Shown: piece by piece, positions 33,730 to 36,696 of the stretch
Layout: every line of letters begins with the position of its first letter
Numbering within the stretch: the first letter of the stretch is position 1
NCBI GenBank assembly: GCA_010356995.1
Contig: ML996715.1
Span: 7,648-44,343, forward strand
Direction of reading: 5' to 3'
DNA length: 36,696 bases
Source of the DNA: Trichodelitschia bisporula
Lineage: Eukaryota
Program-made: the position numbers and the translations under genes
Notes under the pieces: model-generated
The model's input: only the letters and a program-made list of their open reading frames with translations
The model's database searches: none
What the model was told of the DNA's origin: nothing

Positions 33730-36696
33730 ATGGATAGACAGCAACTAGACAAGAAGGTAGGTTCTCAGTTCGTATGGCCCACCTCGTGGTCTACAGAAAT
33801 CGAATGCAAACCCACTGACAATGTGGAGCTCTCCCATACTGACACGGCTGCTGTTCGGAGCCTACTGCGCCAATTGAAGCATTCGGAATACACAATAGGA
33901 TGGATATGCGCACTCCCTATCGAACTCGCGGTTGCCCGAGAGATGCTGGATGAGGAGCACCAGGATCTCCCTCAGAGTCCACCAGATGACAATCTCTACC
34001 GACTTGGCCGCATTGGCGAACACAATACTGTCATTGTGGGCTTTCCGGCCGGATTCACGGGCTCCTCCCAGGCGGCCCGGGTGGCCAGTCAAATGCAGAC
34101 GACTTTCAAGTCGATTCGGTTTGGCCTTATGGTGGGCATTGGAGGTGGTGTGCCGAGCCGCAGATATGATATTCGACTCGGAGATGTTGTCGTGAGTCAA
34201 CCATCGAATGGCCATGGCGGAATAATCCAGTACGACTTTGGCAAAACAAGACCGGACGGGTTTGAGCGGACTGGTTTTTTGAATTCACCTCCAACCGCCT
34301 TACTGAGCGCTGTAGCGAGTCTGAAGGCCAATCGCGACTTAGAAAAAAAATTCCTACGCCACCTTTCGAAACCGACCCGTCAACCTTGGTTTGCACAGAA
34401 TGCCGGACCAGACGTTTTATATTGCGCTAACTACAACCATGACCGACCTGGTACTGATGACTGTCGGGAGTGCAAAACAGAGCATGTCGAACAGCGACAG
34501 CCACGTGAACATTTCATCGTCCATTACGGCACCATAGCGTCCGGAAATCAAGTCATGCGAGATGCTACGACAAGAGATAATGTCAGCAAGGACCTTGGAG
34601 GTGTACTCTGCTTTGAGATGGAGGCGGCGGGGCTTATGAACCATTTCCCGTGCCTTGTTGTGCGGGGCATTTGCGACTATGCGGACTCGCATAAGAATAA
34701 GAACTGGCAACCGTTTGCGGCAGGGCTAGCAGCTGCGTATGCAAAAGAGGTACTTTTGTTGATGCCGGCAGCCGAAGTCGAGACAGGGTCATCTGCGGTT
34801 GAGTTGATGAACCAAAATCTTGGTAAGTAGCCTTCACCTTTTCTTAGCTGGTAGAGGTCATAGGGAAGATAGGGTTAACCGCAGTCGTTAGAATTCAATA
34901 AGGTTCTTGGAAACATTCCCACGGCTGTAGAAGCGCCTTTCAATGCACGCAAACGAGAACACGACACTGCCTGCCTCCCTGATACCCGTGTCGCACTTCT
35001 CAAGCAGATATATGAATGGCGTGATGGCATGGACTCCCCAAATATATTTTGGCTGAGCGGGTTGGCCGGCTATGGCAAGTCTACGGTTGCGCGAACAGTG
35101 GCTGCCAGGTGTTTCAAGAAAGGCCTTAGCGCCAGTTTCTTCTTCACCAAAGGCGGCGGAGATGTTGGCCACGCCGGCATGTTTGTTACAAGCATCGCAG
35201 TGCAGCTTGCAAATAATGTGCCGGATCTAAAGCCGGTCATTTGCGATGCCATCGCCAAGCACAGCAACATCGCAAGCCTGTCTCTACGCGAGCAGTGGGG
35301 CCGTCTTGTTCTCGCTCCTTTATCGCTGTTTGGAACCGATCAATCCACTCCAAAATTTCTCCTGATTGTCGACGCTCTTGACGAGTGCACAGATGAGAGC
35401 GATGTGCGGATCATTCTTCAGCTTTTCGCCGAACTTCGAGGATCGCACCAAACCAGGCTCCGAGTATTTCTGACGAGCCGACCCGAAGCTCATATCCGGG
35501 ATGAGATTCAGCATATACCAGAAGTGGAACACTACGACTTTGAACTACATGGCATTCAACAGTCGGTTGTCGAACATGATATCCGCGTTTTCTTAGGGCA
35601 CGAGCTTCGCCGTATTTCCTGCAAGTACTTTGACCGCACTAACTGGCCAAGCGAGCAGATCATCAATCGTCTTGTTCAGAACGCAAGTGGCTTGTTCATC
35701 TGGGCTGCTACGGCATGCCGCTTTATTAGTGAAGGGAAACAATTCGCCCCCGACAGACTGGATTCGATCTTGGACCAAGGCCATACCGAGGGGAACACTC
35801 CGGAGAAGCAGCTCAATGATATCTATTCTACTGTTCTCGAGCAAAGCATTCCTGCAGGCTTTTCGGGAAAAGAGAAGGAAAAGCTGCGGTCTATGCTGAA
35901 ATCTCAACTTGGAAGCATTGTAACCTTATTCTCTCCACTTTCCATCCAGTCCTTGAGCAACTTAATGGAAACTCGCGACGACAAAGTAAGCCAGACACTG
36001 CACGATCTCCACGCCATTTTCGACATTCCAAAAGAGCCAAATAGCGCACTCCGTTTACACCACCCTTCATTTCGGGACTTTCTTCTGGATAAAAAAAGAA
36101 GCGGTAATGCCAAGTTCTGTGTTGACGAGAAGCAAGCACATCAGTCTCTTTCTGCGCACTGCATGCGACTTATGTCCAAATCCCTTAAGCAAGACTTGCT
36201 GGGAATCGGCCGTCCGGGTGCGCCTGCAACAGAAATCGAGAACGATCGACTGGAGAGATGTCTCCCTGCTGAAGTACAATACGCATGCCTCTACTGGATC
36301 CAGCATGCTCAGAAGGGTGGCTCCCAGCTTAGAGATGATGACCAAGTCCATCGGTTTCTAAAGGAGCATCTTCTTCATTGGCTTGAGGCGCTTGGATGGA
36401 TGCAGAAGGTTTCCGAAGGGTTTCATGCCATCGTGTCTCTGGAGTCCATGATATCTGTAAGCTGGACGTAAAGCAGAGTGGGGATACTTGGCTGATACTT
36501 GGTTTAGGCGCAGAGGTGTCCGCGATTATCGGAGTTTGTTCATGACATGAAACGATTTGTCCTCTACCACCGGTCAGCCATCGAACTAGCCCCCTTACAG
36601 ACATATTGCAGTGCGCTGGTATTTTCCCCGGCAGCAAGTCTTGTAAAAAGGCAGTTTCAAAGCCAAATGCCTCTGTGGATGCCCGGACTGCCGCAG
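33730..36696 (+). CDS. Fungal NLR PNP_UDP-NACHT-(probably WD40); 3' end outside window
   Basis: PNP_UDP (YTIGWICALPIE, FGLMVGIGGGVP, CFEMEAAGLMN..CDYADSHKNK) to 34822. Phase-1 intron 34823-34891. NACHT exon 34892-36456 (WLSGLAGYGKS, IVDALDEC). Intron 36457-36507. Exon from 36508 reads DMKRFVLYHRSAIELAPLQTYCSALVFSP, the linker that precedes WD40 repeats in HET-E-like NLRs. Exact 5' start uncertain. Confidence 0.93.

Overview
Intron-rich filamentous-ascomycete DNA that looks like an accessory immunity/conflict island. Both ends carry divergently oriented, paralogous HET-E-type NACHT NLR genes whose 3' (probably WD40) parts run off the window. The left NLR has only a 31-codon first exon, encoding a HET-s-like amyloid motif (QNISGVSVSNRSIALTGQF). 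It sits head-to-head with a HeLo-like (HELL) gene ending in two matching pseudo-repeats (QEIRDIRTAENSWAAVG / QRIEGVHTTNQSVAVVGRF), giving a candidate NWD2/HET-s-type amyloid-signalling pair with an unusual compact motif. The right NLR carries a PNP_UDP effector domain instead, joined at an equivalent phase-1 intron. The two NLRs are 110/113 nt identical at the end of the NACHT exon, in inverted orientation. Between them lie a stand-alone PNP_UDP gene, a HET-domain pseudogene, an apparently intact Crinkler-like NTPase+REase gene, a secreted NucA/NucB-like pseudogene, a C2H2 zinc-finger pseudogene, hAT and Ty1/copia remnants, and several solo LTRs with 5-bp TSDs. There are also six broken, intron-retaining housekeeping genes in three pairs (DIC1+NDUFAF6, eIF4E+DJP1/CAJ1, BET2+MOG1). 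All calls come from manual reading and motif recognition; no database searches were run.
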